From Hydrurus foetidus (lineage: Eukaryota), in contig UYFQ01000406.1 in NCBI GenBank assembly GCA_900617105.1, forward strand, positions 1 to 50,992: a stretch of DNA of 50,992 nt. Reading direction: 5' to 3'. The translations under genes were made by a program, and so were the position numbers. Each line of letters opens with the position of its first letter. Within the stretch, counting starts at the first letter, position 1. Positions 12,733-26,857 of the stretch are shown here, one piece after another. Below the pieces are notes generated by a model. It was not told where the DNA came from and did no database searches. It saw only the letters and a list, made by a program, of their open reading frames with translations.

Positions 12733-14100
12733 TGTGACTCGGATGGGCAAAGAAGAGGGGAAAGACTGGAAGAGGTAGTTAGTTACAGCAGCTGTATGCT
12801 GGAAGCCAGGGCGGAATTCTCTACGTGGAGGCTGTGGGCGCATACGACGATACAACAGACTTTGTAGGTATGGTGAGTAGTAACGTAGTAGTGGAAGTCC
12901 GGTAGATCGGGACCTCGGACCTGAATCTACCATTGACTACCCCCTTTATGACCTTTCTTCAAAATCTGCAAACGCTAATAAACTATGGCGAAACTCGCTC
13001 TTTCGCCAAATATTTACTAATAATATACATGATTACGGAAAACCGAAAATCAAAAATATGAACAATAATTTAAAATGCGAAATATATACGAAAGAAATTA
13101 CAAATGGGTTTCGAAAATCGTGAGAAAGATAAGGATAAGGGAGCATGTACAAAACAGAATCGTTCTGTTGTACGAGGGTCAAACGTATTATGTCAGATTT
13201 TTACCGACTAAAAACCATAAAATCCCTCGTGAGGGCAAAAATTAGGCCAAAAAATCTTCAAAAGATATTACGTTTGAGCTCAAACCTCGGTGGTTGATCC
13301 CTCAATATTCCTGGGAACAAAACGCGACATGTTTTTGTTCCTCAGGTATACATGGAGTGCATCACAGAGCCGGAGATTCTTCCAAGGCTCCCATGTATTA
13401 TGTGAGTCATCATAGTTGAGCCATTTAACATGGAACGACATCGTAGTCGGTTTCTTTGAATCACCAGTGCGACCAAGAACTTACTCAACGAAATACTCCA
13501 TGTAATTGCGACGTGCTGTATCAGCAGGTAAGCCCATCGAAGGGTCATAATTGAATATCTTAAGATTCGTTACATGTACACTATTGTGCTTATGTGTAAT
13601 TAAGTTCGCGAGAACATACTCGGATCCTTCAAAGGATACAACACGGAAAGGGCCTTTCCATTTAGTGTGTAATCGAGTTGGAGGGTGTTCTTGTTTTACC
13701 AAGACATATGACCCTATAGGGAACACTGTCAAACCGGATGTCGACTTTTTGTGTTTTTCATCACCTTTTTGAAGTGAGTCGATTGCTGCATCGAGGACTT
13801 TGTCCTGTATCTTGATAAAATCAGCAATGTATGTTGAATTTGAAGATGATACTATCGGTAACAAATGAGGTGTTAAAACCCCTCTATTCAAATCAAGTTT
13901 ATCCGCGAATAGGATAGGTGCTGGACTTGCACCCGTACGTTTATTAACTGAACTATTTATAATTCGTTGTACGAACGGAATGCATTTCGCATGATGGACA
14001 AGAGACGGTGTATCGAACACCAGTCCTTTTAAACGTCTATTAATCTCTTTATTGACTCGTTCAACAATTGCATTCTCCTGAGAGGAGTAAGCTAGAGTGA
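12733..14100 (-). mobile_element. Second family A-like gypsy 3' fragment (3' LTR 12733-~12936, integrase C-terminus and chromodomain with a stop)
   Basis: Near-duplicate of 9129-10924 without the MITE; premature TAA at 13481-13483; ends abruptly at ~14100. Confidence 0.9.
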
Positions 14101-15706
14101 TGACGTGGCTGCTGTCTTTGACAATGATTCCCATAATCTGATGGATAGTCATGTTGAAGAACAGCCACATGTAATTATTCGTGAAGAATTTTTGCATGAT
14201 CCATCTGTCCTTCCTTCTCATCACCTCAACGTAAGTGTTATCGTGCAGGATAAGGAAAGGACTGGCCCAGCAAGCGAGCTGCGAGCCGTTGGAAGAGCCG
14301 TGTTGGACACCGCGAACTACTCGGAGGATTTTACTTCTTTTACGATGTTAGAAAAACTTAATGCTACTCACCTATGTTACCCCGCTCCTACAGCTATCAA
14401 TGTTTGCAGCGGCCTCGATGGTCACTGCTATTTAAATAATGAAATTTGCGATTTGAAATCCTTTTTCATTCTTACGATGGCGAATGCCAGAGCATCAGCT
14501 TACCCATGAGGGTAAATAGAAAAACCGAAATTGAAATTTTGTTTAGCCGTAAAACGGTAAATAAATATGATTTTTGGTCTTTAACTCCGTTTGCTTTCGG
14601 CATATTGCCAGAACTTAGCGCGGAAAACAAAAAGAAAAGCGATGCGCGCAAACGCGAATTCGATAAGAAAGAAGTTTTGTTGAAACTTGATCCCATGTAT
14701 CAACATAAGTATATGCGTCGTATGATAGCGTTGGGTGCCGAACCAGATACAGCCGAAGTCGAGTCTATCACGCCTCACTACGACAAGCTGAAATATCCAG
14801 GCGGTAAACCTGCCTCTAAAAAGAGGGTAACATATGGAGTACAAGAGTACCCATATAAGAAGAGCGTATTGCTTGGTCAATCTTCTTCGAAGAGCAACGT
14901 CTCCTGTGTCCATACAATGTCGACATGTAACGATACCCAAAAGGATATTGAGGGAGTAGCTACCCAAAATTCCTGTGATGATGTAAGTTGTGAGCGACTG
15001 AATAGTGTCACTCCTATTCTCGCAAAACGTACGGGTGATACACCGCACCTAGGTGGCGACCAGATTCCCACCCCTACAAACACTTCTGAGGACTCTGATA
15101 CCCCCGACTATGTCACTGAGCCTTTATGGCCCAGTGGTGTCGCACTCTCAGTTGACGAGATTGACGATGGCAAGATAGATACGTTTGCCCCCTTCTTGGC
15201 TGAGAAACCTAGTCAAGATGACTTGCCCAAAGGGCCAGAGGATTTCCTCAACGAGATTACCTTTGAAGGAGATGAAAGCTTTCAAAGGAAGCTCCGAGAG
15301 CTCTGTTCTGAATATTCAGACATCTTCAGTGATCAATTAGCTGAGAAACCAGCGTCACTTAAACCTTTTGAGATTAACATCCCACTTGAGTTGTGGGAAA
15401 AAGACGAAAACCGTACGCCGGTACGTCCCCAGTCATCGACTAAAGAGGCTGCTCTTAAGGAGAATCTCGATGAGATGCTTGCGTCGGGGGTTATAGAGCG
15501 GTCAGATGCTGCTTATTACAGTCATCCTGTAATCGTAACTAAGTCACCCGGTAAATTTCGAACCTGCATCGATTACCGGCCACTTAATAAGTGCCTGACT
15601 AGCTAGCTAGCTGCAGCCTACTTCCAGAAGTTACCTAGCTTCTAGCATAGTTGTAACCTAAGCATCACCTACTCGTCTACCCGTCTTCTTCTCCATCAGG
15701 ACTACA
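14101..15706 (+). mobile_element. Gypsy family E fragment: protease and RT N-terminus, internally deleted, joined to the distal half of a 3' LTR (~15600-15706)
   Basis: VLDTANYSEDF protease and YYSHPV..RTCIDYR RT start. 15610-15665 resembles the family A/B LTR core (CTGCAGC..AGAAGTTA.CTAGCTTCTAGC..TGTAAC) and ends in ACA at 15706. Confidence 0.8.
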
Positions 15707-16846
15707 CCCTGACGTTGCTAACGCGAGTTCTCCTCTATCCCTCATTTGATGAGTATAATGATTGCTGGGAACTTGCGAGTTCTCTGTCCATCCTCCTCCT
15801 CTTTTCATCTCGCACTCCCCCATTTCGTTAGCAATTACGTGGGAGCTAAAACCGCTACGTAGTGATTTATTCGAGAAATTCTCAGAAGGAAGGCCCATCT
15901 CGGCTACAGTACTCTTGATAGCTGTTTTAACATCCTTCCGAATGACAGTTTCCTTCCTTCCTACCGCGCTATATCTCGACAACAACTCATCGTCGCACTG
16001 AACTCCAGAGTGCAACATCCACTGGATCAGATCATTTAGAACGGGGTTTTCGATAGTGCTTCGTCGGGCTAGATGTTTTGGGTGTCGCACTACTGATTTA
16101 ACCTTACCGGATGTTTTGGACGACAGGAAGTAGAGATCACAGGACAAAATATTCACCTCTGTCACTCCTGGCTGATTCAAGAACTGTGCCACGGCGGGAC
16201 CTCCTTCAATTCTTCTTTTTGCTGATGTAATCGGATCAGCAGCAAGGAAGAAGCAGTGTTTTGCTCGAATGCAATGATCTGGTCCATTTTTCCCGTCCTT
16301 CTTTGTAATCTTTCCAATTCTCGGGCCTGAATCAAATCCTAGCGCGACCGCGAGCCAAATTGCGCGGTCGTCGATGTCGGGTACTACCCATGATTTTTCC
16401 TCCCAATATTTCGTCCTCATTGCTAATACGATGTCGAGGCAGACTGGGAGTATTGCTTTCTTTGATCGTTGTTCTTCAAAGTCTCTTGCCTCTGGAATTG
16501 TTCTCCCAACGGCCGCCCGGCCTCTTGATACCACTGCCAGTTTAAAGAACTCCCTTGAAACTCCTTCTATGTCGAAGAAGTATGTGATTCCTGTTACGAG
16601 CCTCTTGATCTGTTCTTCCCTCAGCCCGAAGTTAAGATACAGGTACGCCATATAAAGGACGATACGCTGCCCTTTGTCGTTGTCGTTGTTCATGCGTTCG
16701 AGGAAATATCCTGGAAAGTTGTTTTCCAGGGTTTCCAGATATTCTCTCCATTTCTTGATCCCTGATAGATAGCTTTGCGCTGTCGACATTGAGACACTCT
16801 TCGATAGAAATGTTTTGAGCAGATCTCTCTCACTATCCGTGATCAC
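15707..16846 (-). CDS. Tyrosine recombinase (C-terminus clipped by the gypsy LTR at 15706)
   Basis: GPR (catalytic R), SKT (K), KSLRSG (HxxR position), GGW, HY (catalytic Y). Confidence 0.9.
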
Positions 16847-16964
16847 AGAATCTTCATCTTCGTCGAAGGTATCCTGTTGGTGATCGATGTTCCACTCTGT
16901 GATAAGTGAATGTAATGTTATATCGGTGGAGAGGATGATGTGTGTTATGTGTATGAGAGAATGA

Positions 16965-19259
16965 TTAGATCTGAGATTGCAATACTTCTTTTATTTCAAT
17001 CCAGAAGTTGCGGAAATCCTTCTCGTCAACTATCTCTCTTCTAGGATTGCATAACGCTAGAATTTCTTTTTGCTTGTGAATGTTAATTTTCTTCGGTTTG
17101 TCCAACTTAGGATCTTTGAGAAGGAGAACTTCTATTGTTCCACCGCGGGAGAGAAAGTCAGTTCGCCAGTTGTCTTCAGCAGATAAGTGAGTTATCCCAC
17201 CGACTGACACGCCACTTATGATTCCTTGCAGTATGAAAACCGACGCGGCGTTACTGATAAGGATGACCTTGAATTTTTCTGTGGACGCCCAGCTTAACGC
17301 TGTTATAGAGTCACCCCTTAAATGAATACTCTTCGCAGTTACACCCAATTCTCTTAGACCTTGAATTCCCAAAACGAGTCCAAGGAATTCAGCAGAATTT
17401 TAATACTTGGCTTCTGAACCGAAACCGAGACTTGAGATATCTACTGCACAACTTCCGATCAGTGTTTCACGTAAAGCACCTGGCACGCAGTATAGAATGC
17501 CAATTCCTTGTAAGGAAGCATCGAATTCGATAACTAGTGTTGGAACGACCGATCGGAAGGATATCAGTGATCGTGAGAATCGATCACAGCACACAGCTGT
17601 GAGCCCCAGAAGAATTCTAAAAAACCAGATGACATGCCGAGCTGGCGGGCTGATCAGAAACGATGTGTATTGTCCTCGACCGGTATACTCTCTGTAAAGA
17701 ACCATCACATATGGTTTCATGTACACATTGATTTTTGAGCAGCGCGATGCGAGTGATGCGAGTTTCTGCATTGCAGAAACTTTGATTGTATTGTCGAAGT
17801 CAACGGACATAAACGCATACAGTGTGCGATATGTATTCCTTGGCGATAGAGTAACGAGACCTTTATCGAGGTCGAATTCGTAGCCAATTGCGACGACGTT
17901 TCGACCGAACTCAGTTTTCTTGTGCTCGACTGCGTTATCCCCCAATAGACTGCAACATACTTTGTTTGTTGCGTCGATATCGGAGTTGACATTGTTCTTA
18001 CGAGTGACGATTATTATGTCGTCAACATGCATTAACGCTTTTCCGTTTATTTTGTAGCTTAGTTCATGCAAGATTGCACGATTCAGGACTTGAAATGCTG
18101 CTGACGTTCCTGTCCAGCCGAAGATACCGCATAGGAAGAACATGACTCTGTCATTGCTCATTTCCATTCCAAGATGTTTGATGTCATTTGCCTCGAATTC
18201 AATCAATGTAAAGGCTTGTTGAAGGTCGAGCTTGCACAAAACTAAATCGTTGGTGTCGAATGTGCTATCTGATCCTTGTTCAGATATACTGAAATCGGTA
18301 ATGAGAAGACATATGTCTTTCAGCGTTGGATGTTTTATCTGTCCCCACAGCTCGTCTGATGCAGTCTTTGTGTATTCGGAGTTCAACGGTTCGTTGCTCA
18401 ATTCACGACCACCGTCAGAGCAATCTCCTATAGGTCTTCCCTGAACCTTCCCCTGTTTCTCTGTCCATGATAGAGGGCTTAGGTGCAGTCCAGGGATCGA
18501 TAGTGCGGTTTCTTTTGTAAGAATGAAAGCTAATCCTTTCTGGTGGAAATTCTCGAATAATAGTCGATTGACTGCACTTTGCACCGTCACGTATTTGCGA
18601 CGTAATGGGGGAAGTATCCCTGATCCATTTGGACAGAATCCAGGGCGTAGTAGCAGCGGCATTCCTTTATCCGCTAATTGAAGTAATCGATTACGCTCTG
18701 GATTATCTGGGCGCGTTGCATTCTCTATTCGTTCACGGTTGAGTCTGTATGGCGATAATTGTTTCTTCCTTCGTTTAGCCATGACTGTGAGGTCCCTTAT
18801 TCAGGAACAGAATAACGCTTCGTCATTCTTCACAATGTCCTTGTGGATTTCGAAATTGTCGGCCCATATATTTGCTGCTCGGATTGAGTATACTTCGTCA
18901 GCTAAGTGATAAGCTGTTTCAGCGATATCCCAAAGTTTACTGCGATGTGATTCTGTAGCTTCACTCGGGAAAAGTTCAGATAGTCTCTCAAATGTATCGG
19001 TTATTTGTCGGTTGTAGAAACTCGACGTAGTTGATTGTTTTTGTTTCACCTCTGGTGTTTCTATGTTTTTAGGTGTTAGGACATTGTCCATTGAGTCCAA
19101 ATGTTTATTGAGTCCTCTCTTAGAGTTATTGCTCGTGTCTTTTAGTATCACTCCTTGAGTGGGTCCAGCGACAGCAACGATGGATGTATTTATTAGTTCG
19201 GTCGATTTTAGAGATAGGGGCAACGCAGGCCGCGGCCCGAGCTGCGACTGCCGCCTCAC
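16965..19259 (-). pseudogene. DIRS/Ngaro-type RT plus RNase H, frameshifted near 18790 and 17400
   Basis: SPL...RPIGDCS, KLDLQQAF, FGWTGTS, HVDD, GYEFD; RNase H EFDAS, AEFLG, RGDS, NWRTDFLSR. Confidence 0.9.
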
Positions 19260-22200
19260 TTAATTCTCTGATCCTCTTCACTGTAATCGATTTGATAGCT
19301 TTCGTCATTTCAATACGTGTTATTTTTTCGATTTTTTTATGCTTATTTTTACACCTTTCGGATATGCATTTTATTACTACCCCTGATGCCGACAGTACGC
19401 CTAACTGCCCAGCAATATGATAAGGACAGAGAGGGATGACTTCTACAACCGCTTTCTTTTTCTGATCGGGAGGCAGTGTTGTAGGAGTTAGTAATATTTT
19501 TCGGTATGTCCCTTCATTCGAATAGAATTTTGAGTGGGGTTGCCGTTCCCAATTTCCAGTGGGAAATATTCCGCGCGCCAGGTCAAGTCCGACTTTGAAG
19601 TGGTGTTGAAATAGTTGTGCACACTTCTCAGTTGTTTCCATAGTCATAGTGTCGAACACTATTGGCCGCTTCTCGTAGTGGATGTCAGCGTAGAACTTGC
19701 TGAGTAGTATCTCTAATTGGATATCGACATATAAGTCGTCGAAATTTTGGTAGACAATTTCTTCCTCCTCGAAGGCTGTGATGACTTCTGCACAGCATCC
19801 TCTGTAGTGTGCTCCATAGAAAACCGTGAAAACTTGCTCTATGTTTCGCAACGCTGCTATGAAGAGAACCCTTCCTTGTCTGGAGGATTCTTTTTTCCAT
19901 TGCGGTCGGGGGAAATGGAGAAAGGGAGTCGAGGGAGAGTAGGCTTAGTTACAGGGTGCTAGGCTAGAAGCTAGTTAACTTCTAAGTGGACGCTGCAGAT
20001 GGCTACGACGATACGACAGCCTAACTGTAGTGTACAGTAGTAGTACCCGGTAGGATCCAGTAGAGTCGGTACCCGGTAGGATCGGGACCCTGGACCCGGT
20101 ACTATCACATTACCCCCACTTATCTTTCTTTCTAAAAAAATCTAAGGTAAATCTAAACTAAATCGAAACCCCCGTTTCTTTGCAAAACTTAATCTAAGCG
20201 AAAAATAAGTTATTGACAAATTTACAAAATAGAAAAATTTGAAAAATAAAATATAACAAAACAAAATAAAACATAATAAATGTTACATAAAAATATTTAC
20301 AGAAAAAAAGTAGCAGAGAAGTGGGGTTCGATGTAGAAAGATAAGGTGGGGTTGTACAAAACAGAAAAGTTCCGTTGTACGAGGGTCGAAAACGTAATTA
20401 TGTCAGATTTTTACTGACTAAAAAACCATAAAAATCCCTTAGAGAAGGGCAAAAAATTAGGCTAAAAAATCTTCAAAAGATAATACGTTCGAACTCAAAC
20501 CTCATCGGTTGATCCCTCAAGATTCTTGGGAATAAAACGTGACATGTTATTATTCCGCAAGTATACATGGAGTGCTTCACAGAGCCGGAGATTCTTCCAA
20601 GGCTCCCATGTATTATGTGAGTTATCATAGTTGAGCCATTTAACATGGAACGACATAGATGTCGGTTTCTTTGAATCACCAGTGTGACTAAGAACTTTCT
20701 CAACGAAATACTCCATGTAATCGCGACGTGCTGTATCAGCAGGTATGCCCATTGATGGGTCATAATTGAAAATCTTAAGATTCTTCACATGTACACTATT
20801 GTGCTTATGTGTAATTAAGTTCGCGAGAACATACTCGGATCCCTCAAAGGAGACAACACGGAAAGAACCTTTCCATTTTGTGTGTAATCGAGTGGGAGGG
20901 TGTTCCTGTTTTACAAGAACATATGACCCTATGGGGAACACTGTCACACCTTGTGTGGACTTTTTGTGTTTGACATCACATTTCTGAAGAGAACCGATTG
21001 CTGCATCGAGGACCTTGTCCTGTATGTCGATGAGATCTGTGATGTATGTTGAATTCGAAGATGTCAACGTGGGTAATAGATGAGGTGTCAAAATACCCCG
21101 ATTCAAATCAAGTTTATTGCCGAATAAAATCGAAGCAGGACTTGCATTTGTTCGTCGATTAACTGAACTGTTAATGATGCGTTGAACAAATGGTATGCAT
21201 TTAGCATAGTGTTCAAGGGATGGTAAGTGTCTATTCACTTCTTTGTTGACCCTTTCTACAATGGCATTCTCTTGTGAGAAGTAAGCCAAAGTGAGATTAT
21301 GGGGTGTCCCCGTAAGGTCTAAGAACTCTTTAATGAGATCATTAGCGAAGTGGGATCCTCTATCGGATCTAATCATATTTGGCGATCCGAATCGACCAAA
21401 ATGAGTCAGTAAGCATTCACTTGCAGACTGAGCATTAGCATCCTTACACCAGAACATTTCTGTCCATCTGGAGAAGGTGTCAATTATGACAAGAATATAC
21501 CCTTTATCAGGGAATGGGCCAATATAATCGATATTTAATGTATCGAAAATAGCATGTGTTGAAGTTGAAAAATGAGCAGCGTTGATCTTCGCATCAACCG
21601 CGCTCAATTTCTGACAGCATGGGCAGTTTCGTATGAACGAGCGTACGTGCTGTTTCATATTTTTCCACACGTGGTTAAGACTAAATAGTCGAGTGAGGGT
21701 ACGGTCGACACCGTTGTGACCAACAATTGCATTGTGGCACATTTGAATGTAAACATTCTGTTCATCTGTCGGCGGTTCAATAACCGGTAAAGCCGAAACT
21801 GTGGAAGATGACGATGAAGAAGATGATGATGAAGTATCACCATCGGACCTGATTGTCTTAGGCAGAGCAATTTCGGTAAGGTTCGGACATAACCGTGACA
21901 GAGCATCGGCAAGTTCATTATCTGTCCCCTTGACAAAGTGTACGGTAAAATCAAGTTCTTGCATTGCAATGAACCACCGTGTTACCATTGAGGTAGGGTT
22001 TTGTTTCATATAAGTCAAATTCATATGATCAGTATGAATAGTGAACTTACGGTCTCGAATGAGATAATCGAGTTGTTGGCAACAGAAAAAGATAGCATAA
22101 GCTTCTTTCTGTATTGTCGACCAATTAATTTGTGTTGCCGAGAGAGATTTGCTGATGAAGGCAATTGGTCTCCACACGGTGTTGACAATTTGGAATAGTA

Positions 22201-25200
22201 CACCACCGATGCCATAGTCGGATGCATCAGTATATAATCTGATGGGTGAATCATCATTGATGAAGTACATTAAAGGACAACGCGATACCGCGATTTTAGT
22301 CTCATTAAATGCTAAAGTCCCCTCGGGGGTCCAATATATGGGGAACGTTTAAGTGCCTTTGGGTCCACCATCATTTGAAGTGGTTTGACAATGTCCGAAT
22401 GAAACGGTACAAATTGACGAAAATAGTTGGCTAAGCCAAGAAATCCACGAAGGGATGTTACTTCTTTAGGAAGAGGGAAGTTGAGTACTGTCTCAATCTT
22501 CTCCTTAGACATGGATAAACCATCTTTGTCTATGACTCGTCCCACGTATTCGATACGTTTGAGACCGAATCTGCATTTCTTTGCTTTGAGCTTAAGATTT
22601 TTAAGTCGAAATCTTTCAAAACGCTGCGCAGATTCTTGAGAAACTCTGCTTCGCCCCGGCCATATACAATACAGTCATCGAGATACATCTCGCAACAGCT
22701 GTATATGAGACCGTAAAGGACCATTGTCACCATCTGCTCTTGAAAGTAAGAGGGGGCTCGACAAGGGCCAAAAGGCAATCTCGTGAACTGAAACACCCCC
22801 ATGAAACATATAAATGCGGTATAGATTCGGTGGGGTGTGTACAGAGGTGCTTGGTGGTAACCCGCGGTTAAATCCATCACTCCGTAAATATCCGGTTTTT
22901 ATTACCGATCCTCTCAAAGAGGTGTTTGATATTGGGTAGGGGAAAGGAGGCCGACTCAATGCATTCATTGAGTGCTCGATAGTCGATGCAGGTTCGATAC
23001 GTATCGGCTGTCTTATTTACCATTACAGGATGACTGTAGTATGCAGCGTTCGACCTCTCGATCACACCATCCTCCAACATTTCTTCAATTGAAGTGTGGA
23101 GGTAATGTTCCTTTTTTAGAGGATTGGGGTCGCACTGGTGCGTGGTTCGATGGAACCTCCCATTTCTGTCTTGGCAGATTTATCTCAAACGATTTGAGGG
23201 CAGCAGCTTGCGGGGCTAGCTTATCACTGAAAATATCAGAGTGATGAGAACAGAGAGTACAAAGTTCATTTTTGAAGGCTTTCATCTCCCTAAAAATGAA
23301 TCTAAGACAAAATCATCCGGCCCGTTGGGCGGTACATTTCGGCACGTCTTGTCACGCAAGAAAGGTGCAGAAGTGCCAGTGTTGTCATCGTCAATCTCGT
23401 CAACGGAGAGTGCGACACCGCTTGGCCATACGGCTTCCACGTCATAGTCTGATGTAACAGAGTCCCCAGAGGTATGTGTGAGGGTGGGAATCGAGTCACC
23501 ACCTAGGTGCGGGGTATCACCCGTACGTTTTGCGAGTCTAGTCGTGACACTAGCCAGTCGCTAACAACCCACATCACCACATGGACCTTGGGTAGCTACT
23601 CCCTCGGAACCAACCTGGGTAACGCTACACGTGAACGTTGTATGACAACCTGACCCCACGACTTCCTTGGTTAAAGGTGCGTGCAAAATGGCCTTCTTAG
23701 GTTTTGGCGTTTGGCATAGACCGTATGGCTCTCTTTAACGAGCGAGTTCAGTCTGTGTGATACCCTTCAACAAATCATAGGTTGGGGTGATTGACTACAA
23801 CTCAGGTTCCTCGGGTTCGAAACCCTCGGATATCATACGCCTAGTATATTTGTGCCAATGAAGTGGGTCAAGCTTGGCTATCGCTTCCCTTTCTTCAAAA
23901 CTCGCGCCAACGAGTGTCACATTTCCTTTTGTTCTCAGCACGGAGCTCGTGAGAGATACCAAAAGCAAAAGGTGTCAATGACATGAAATCATAATTATTT
24001 ACAGTTATACGACTTAACAAAAGTTCGATATCCGTGTTCCTATTAACTCGCAAGGTTAACGGGATAGTATGACATTCCCATCATAAGAATGAAGTTTGAC
24101 CTTGGCCAAATTTAGGGATGTGTTGAAGTCAAAGGCAGGATCGAACGAACGAGAGCCTGATGTATGTATATGAACAAATATATGTATGCATATGTATTAT
24201 TCCCTAGAATATCACATTGGTTTGTTCGAGAGTCGTGACAACCAACTGTGGAAAACAATAGGTATGGCGTACTAGAGCCTATATTTCTTCTTGAATATTG
24301 CATAGCAATTTTCTAGCATGAAGCTGCGTAAGATTCCTAGGATCAAATTTTTTTTTAATATTCTTATTTTTATTTTTGAATCATATAAACAGGATCGAAA
24401 CGTACGAGAGCCTATTGAATTCAATATATTCCCGCGGAATATTGTTTTATTTCGCTTCAGCACTAAGCTTTAAGCAACACCAAAACGAAGGTTGTGAGGC
24501 GAAGCCTTTTCCCCTTTTGAAATTGCCTAGCAATTACGCTGAGAAATATCTTTTCTAAATTTTTTTTTTTAAATTGTTTGTGTGCAATCGTCGATTCTGA
24601 CGTTGATTTGATTAAATTACAATCTGAAGAAGAATCTTAAAATCTGCAAAATAACATCTAATTTTGCAAATATACTAATCGATGACCCACCCCTACTGGG
24701 AGTCGAACCCCGAATATTTAGTGGGTGTAGAATCTGTCAAGATATTATCTTTATTCATCAAGATATCACGAACGCGCGCGATTCAAGTGTTCTGCATGTG
24801 CGATTCATGTAACCATGACTAAAGTGCATCTAGCAAGAGGTTTTGACCTTATTTAGGTGAAAAACTGATGAAAATCAGTCGCAAACTACGATGTCGCGCT
24901 GAGTCTATAACTCTGCATGACGATATCGCTTACATCGAGTAATCGTTGCAAACGATTCTCTAGGATACGAGAGACTAATATCCAGAGGGGCGATAGTGTC
25001 CGCCTCCGGATTCTCTGCGTATCTTCTGTCAAAAGACATGCAGAAATCAGCTGCGGTCACAATGATATATCTCTTCGGAGAAATATGATTGTAACTCATT
25101 GAAGACAGAAGCCCCTCGTCAAAAAAAATTTGCGAGGGCTTCGCCTCGTTGGTTAAAAGGGTCCTTTACGCAAGTAACAGCGAATAAGTCGATTTCAACC

Positions 25201-26857
25201 AACTCTTGTTGAGAAAATCTCTTAGGCGTGAAAGCCAATTTTTGAGTGGAGAAAATTTTTGGTGTCCGTAAAGGATGAAGGAGGTAATTCCCACCAGCCA
25301 AAAGAAGTCCTTAGACTAATTTGGTGTCGTTAGCAATGAATCCAATGTTCAAATTGCAAACCGATGAGTTTGAAAGTGTCGAGTGGTGAAGGCTTTCGCG
25401 AATTCAACCAACTACGAACTTTGGAGACACCAATAATGGGTTCCAAGAGGAAAGAGGCTAAGCCCAACTTTCACTAACTTAAACTAAGTTCTTGGAGCGT
25501 AGCTCAGCAAGAATTTCGACTCCGAAGATGTCGTGAGTAATAATACTCAGGTGTTGGAAGTCGTAACTAAAGTTTGGACGAGTAGAGGGAATTAGAGGTA
25601 GTAGAAATTTTCCCGAGGATAATAGATCTATTGTGGTCGGGGGAAATGGAGAAAGGGAGTCGAGGGAGAGTAGGCTTAGTTACAGGGTGCTAGGCTAGAA
25701 GCTAGTTAACTTCTAAGTGGACGCTGCAGATGGCTACGACGATACGACAGCCTAACTGTAGTGTACAGTAGTAGTATCCGGTAGGATCCAGTAGATTCGG
25801 TACCCGGTAGGATCGGGACCCTGGACCCGGTACTATCACACCATACGGATTTTGAAGGTGCTTGCCGCAGATAGTCGTTGAGACTAATAGTGGTTCTATC
25901 GTACTGAGGATATGTTCCTAATAGCACACACTCCAACTTGGTCTTGATTTCAATCACAGGTAGATCTGAAATGTGGCTCAGTTTACCGAGTGTTTTAAAT
26001 GGCGAGTCGGCCGGTAGGTCCGCTGCACTTTCCTCGTATCTCTGGCAATTTGCCATGAAATACTTTGGACTGTAAATTAAGTCCAATACCAACTTGCTGA
26101 ATCTCTCCCAACCCAGTAGTCTGATCATTCCGCCAGTCTTATTCATTCGTTTTACTCCTTCACTTTTTCCCGAGCAAGGTCGGAGAGTTCCATCTAAACC
26201 TGATATTCCGTACTGTCCTATGACCTTCATTTTATCCAGAGAGTCAGAATTACCTGTTTCTGACTGATTTTTTGCCGCTGCTTTCGGCCGCTGCTCGAAT
26301 AATTTAGACAAGGTCGGAGAGACTAACTTAGCGACCGCTTTTCCCATAGCTGTTTCATTGATTCCTATAGGTGTCAAAAAGTTGAAAGGAGTTTGCGCAA
26401 TTATCTTCATCCCTGCTTCGAGTTGGATCTCATCTGGTTCGTGCAAGTATGCTATGACAGTCATTCTTGTTGTCTCGCTCGTTGGTTTCTCGTCAATTAA
26501 AGCAAATACAAAATTGGAGGTAGCTCCCCAATCTGCATTTAGCTCTTTATCTACATTTTTGTTATTCGCTGGTATCATAATAGGTAGACCTTGATTTGCC
26601 ATTGAAGCTGGTACGACTTGGGCGAGAGATTTTTTGAATCTCTCTCCTGCTGCCGTTGTGTACGTTGGGTTGTATAGTGAAGTAGCACTTATCATGTCTT
26701 GCCAGAAGGCAGTAGCATTCACATATTTTGGTCCCAAAGCTTTAGCTGAATCGCGGTCAAACCGAGGCCTCTTTGGCGCACTCTCAACTGATGGTTCAAG
26801 TCCCGACATCAAAGTAAAAGATCGAAAACAATAGTGCGAGCTAAGCTTCGCCAACAA
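19126..26857 (-). CDS. ORF1 (Gag-like) of the YR retrotransposon in two parts, 26857-25841 and 19896-19126
   Basis: Removing the gypsy and one CCAT copy restores the frame (..APSKSVW|KKESSRQGRVLFIAALRNIEQVF..). C-terminal C..C..C..H cluster. Confidence 0.8.
19901..25840 (-). mobile_element. Chromodomain gypsy family B with both LTRs (19901-20109, 25632-25840) and a 4-bp TSD CCAT; gag largely missing
   Basis: 209-bp LTRs with about 3 mismatches by eye; CCAT at 19897-19900 and 25841-25844; PPT beside 20110. Confidence 0.95.
20495..24095 (-). pseudogene. Gypsy Pol (partial protease, RT, RNase H, integrase, chromodomain), multiply frameshifted upstream of 22270
   Basis: Same motifs as 10104-12732; colinear with 48650-50990. 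Confidence 0.93.

Noticed and set aside
13481..14224. 247-aa ORF as a novel fusion protein
   Set aside because: Its N-terminus is antisense read-through across the 14100 junction.
24860..24890. Hammerhead ribozyme core CTGATGA
   Set aside because: No stem II followed by GAAA or flanking helices found here or at the other CTGATGA sites I checked.
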